Below are positions 63,964 through 64,000 of a DNA stretch of 64,000 bases, piece after piece (within the stretch, counting starts at the first letter, position 1; each line of letters starts with the position of its first letter). The position numbers were made by a program, and so were the translations under genes. Below the pieces are notes generated by a model. That model made no database searches. It saw only the letters and a program-made list of their open reading frames with translations, and had not been told where the DNA came from. Source of the stretch: [Enterobacter] lignolyticus SCF1 (GTDB taxonomy: Bacteria; Pseudomonadota; Gammaproteobacteria; Enterobacterales; Enterobacteriaceae). The stretch covers positions 661,753 through 725,752 of the forward strand of contig NC_014618.1 of the NCBI RefSeq assembly GCF_000164865.1, written 5' to 3'.

Positions 63964-64000
63964 AATCGCATCCAAAGAAAAAGGAGTCAGACGATTTCTC

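Overview
This 64 kb window looks like Enterobacteriaceae chromosome, probably Klebsiella-like, with roughly 57% GC in the core genes. Everything below is read from the sequence and from remembered protein families and E. coli sequences, not from searches.

The left half (1-34.6 kb) is core chromosome:
- the 3' end of a chaperone-usher fimbrial cluster (two pilins, a periplasmic chaperone and a partial adhesin-like subunit);
- patA (putrescine aminotransferase), aer (aerotaxis receptor), and the divergent yqjI/yqjH (nfeR/nfeF) pair with palindromic operators between them;
- a J-domain protein;
- a reverse-transsulfuration pair (cystathionine gamma-lyase and a CBS-domain cystathionine beta-synthase) next to a second metNIQ-type ABC importer;
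- the scsABCD copper-tolerance thiol-disulfide locus;
- an 873-aa autotransporter;
- the hscC-djlC specialised Hsp70 and J-protein pair;
- an outer-membrane beta-barrel protein, an mdtJI-like paired SMR exporter and an SDR oxidoreductase;
- a decayed IS256-family element sitting against an atypical RtcR-controlled operon (sigma-54 promoter, ~300-nt leader with a tRNA-like T-arm motif, SPFH/band-7 protein, rtcB, nucleotidyltransferase, no rtcA), with rtcR divergent.

An IS3-family remnant and a 47-nt 3' fragment of a tRNA-Ile(CAU)-like gene mark the start of a lower-GC CP4-57/P4-like integrative element at about 35.9 kb. It runs past the end of the window. Its conserved backbone is a P4-type integrase, a Fic protein, alpA, a DUF3987 yfjI-like gene, a yfjJ-like gene, then yfjP/yfjQ/yfjR-like genes, an antirestriction gene, radC-like, DUF987, a cbeA/cbtA type IV toxin-antitoxin and a DUF4942 gene.

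The variable cargo slot of this element holds a stack of defence genes:
- a type IC restriction-modification system (hsdMSR) with an extra solo-TRD hsdS;
- a Gabija-like pair of an OLD-family ATPase/TOPRIM nuclease and a UvrD-like helicase;
- a tightly linked, apparently uncharacterised operon encoding a 615-aa membrane-anchored coiled-coil protein, a PD-(D/E)xK-like nuclease and a 212-aa unknown protein. This is the best candidate for a novel anti-phage system.

A 12-bp motif (TTACCTRACCCA) recurs next to the integrase, upstream of the yfjJ-like gene and as a 7-copy tandem array at the window end. These are candidate arm-type or regulatory protein-binding sites.
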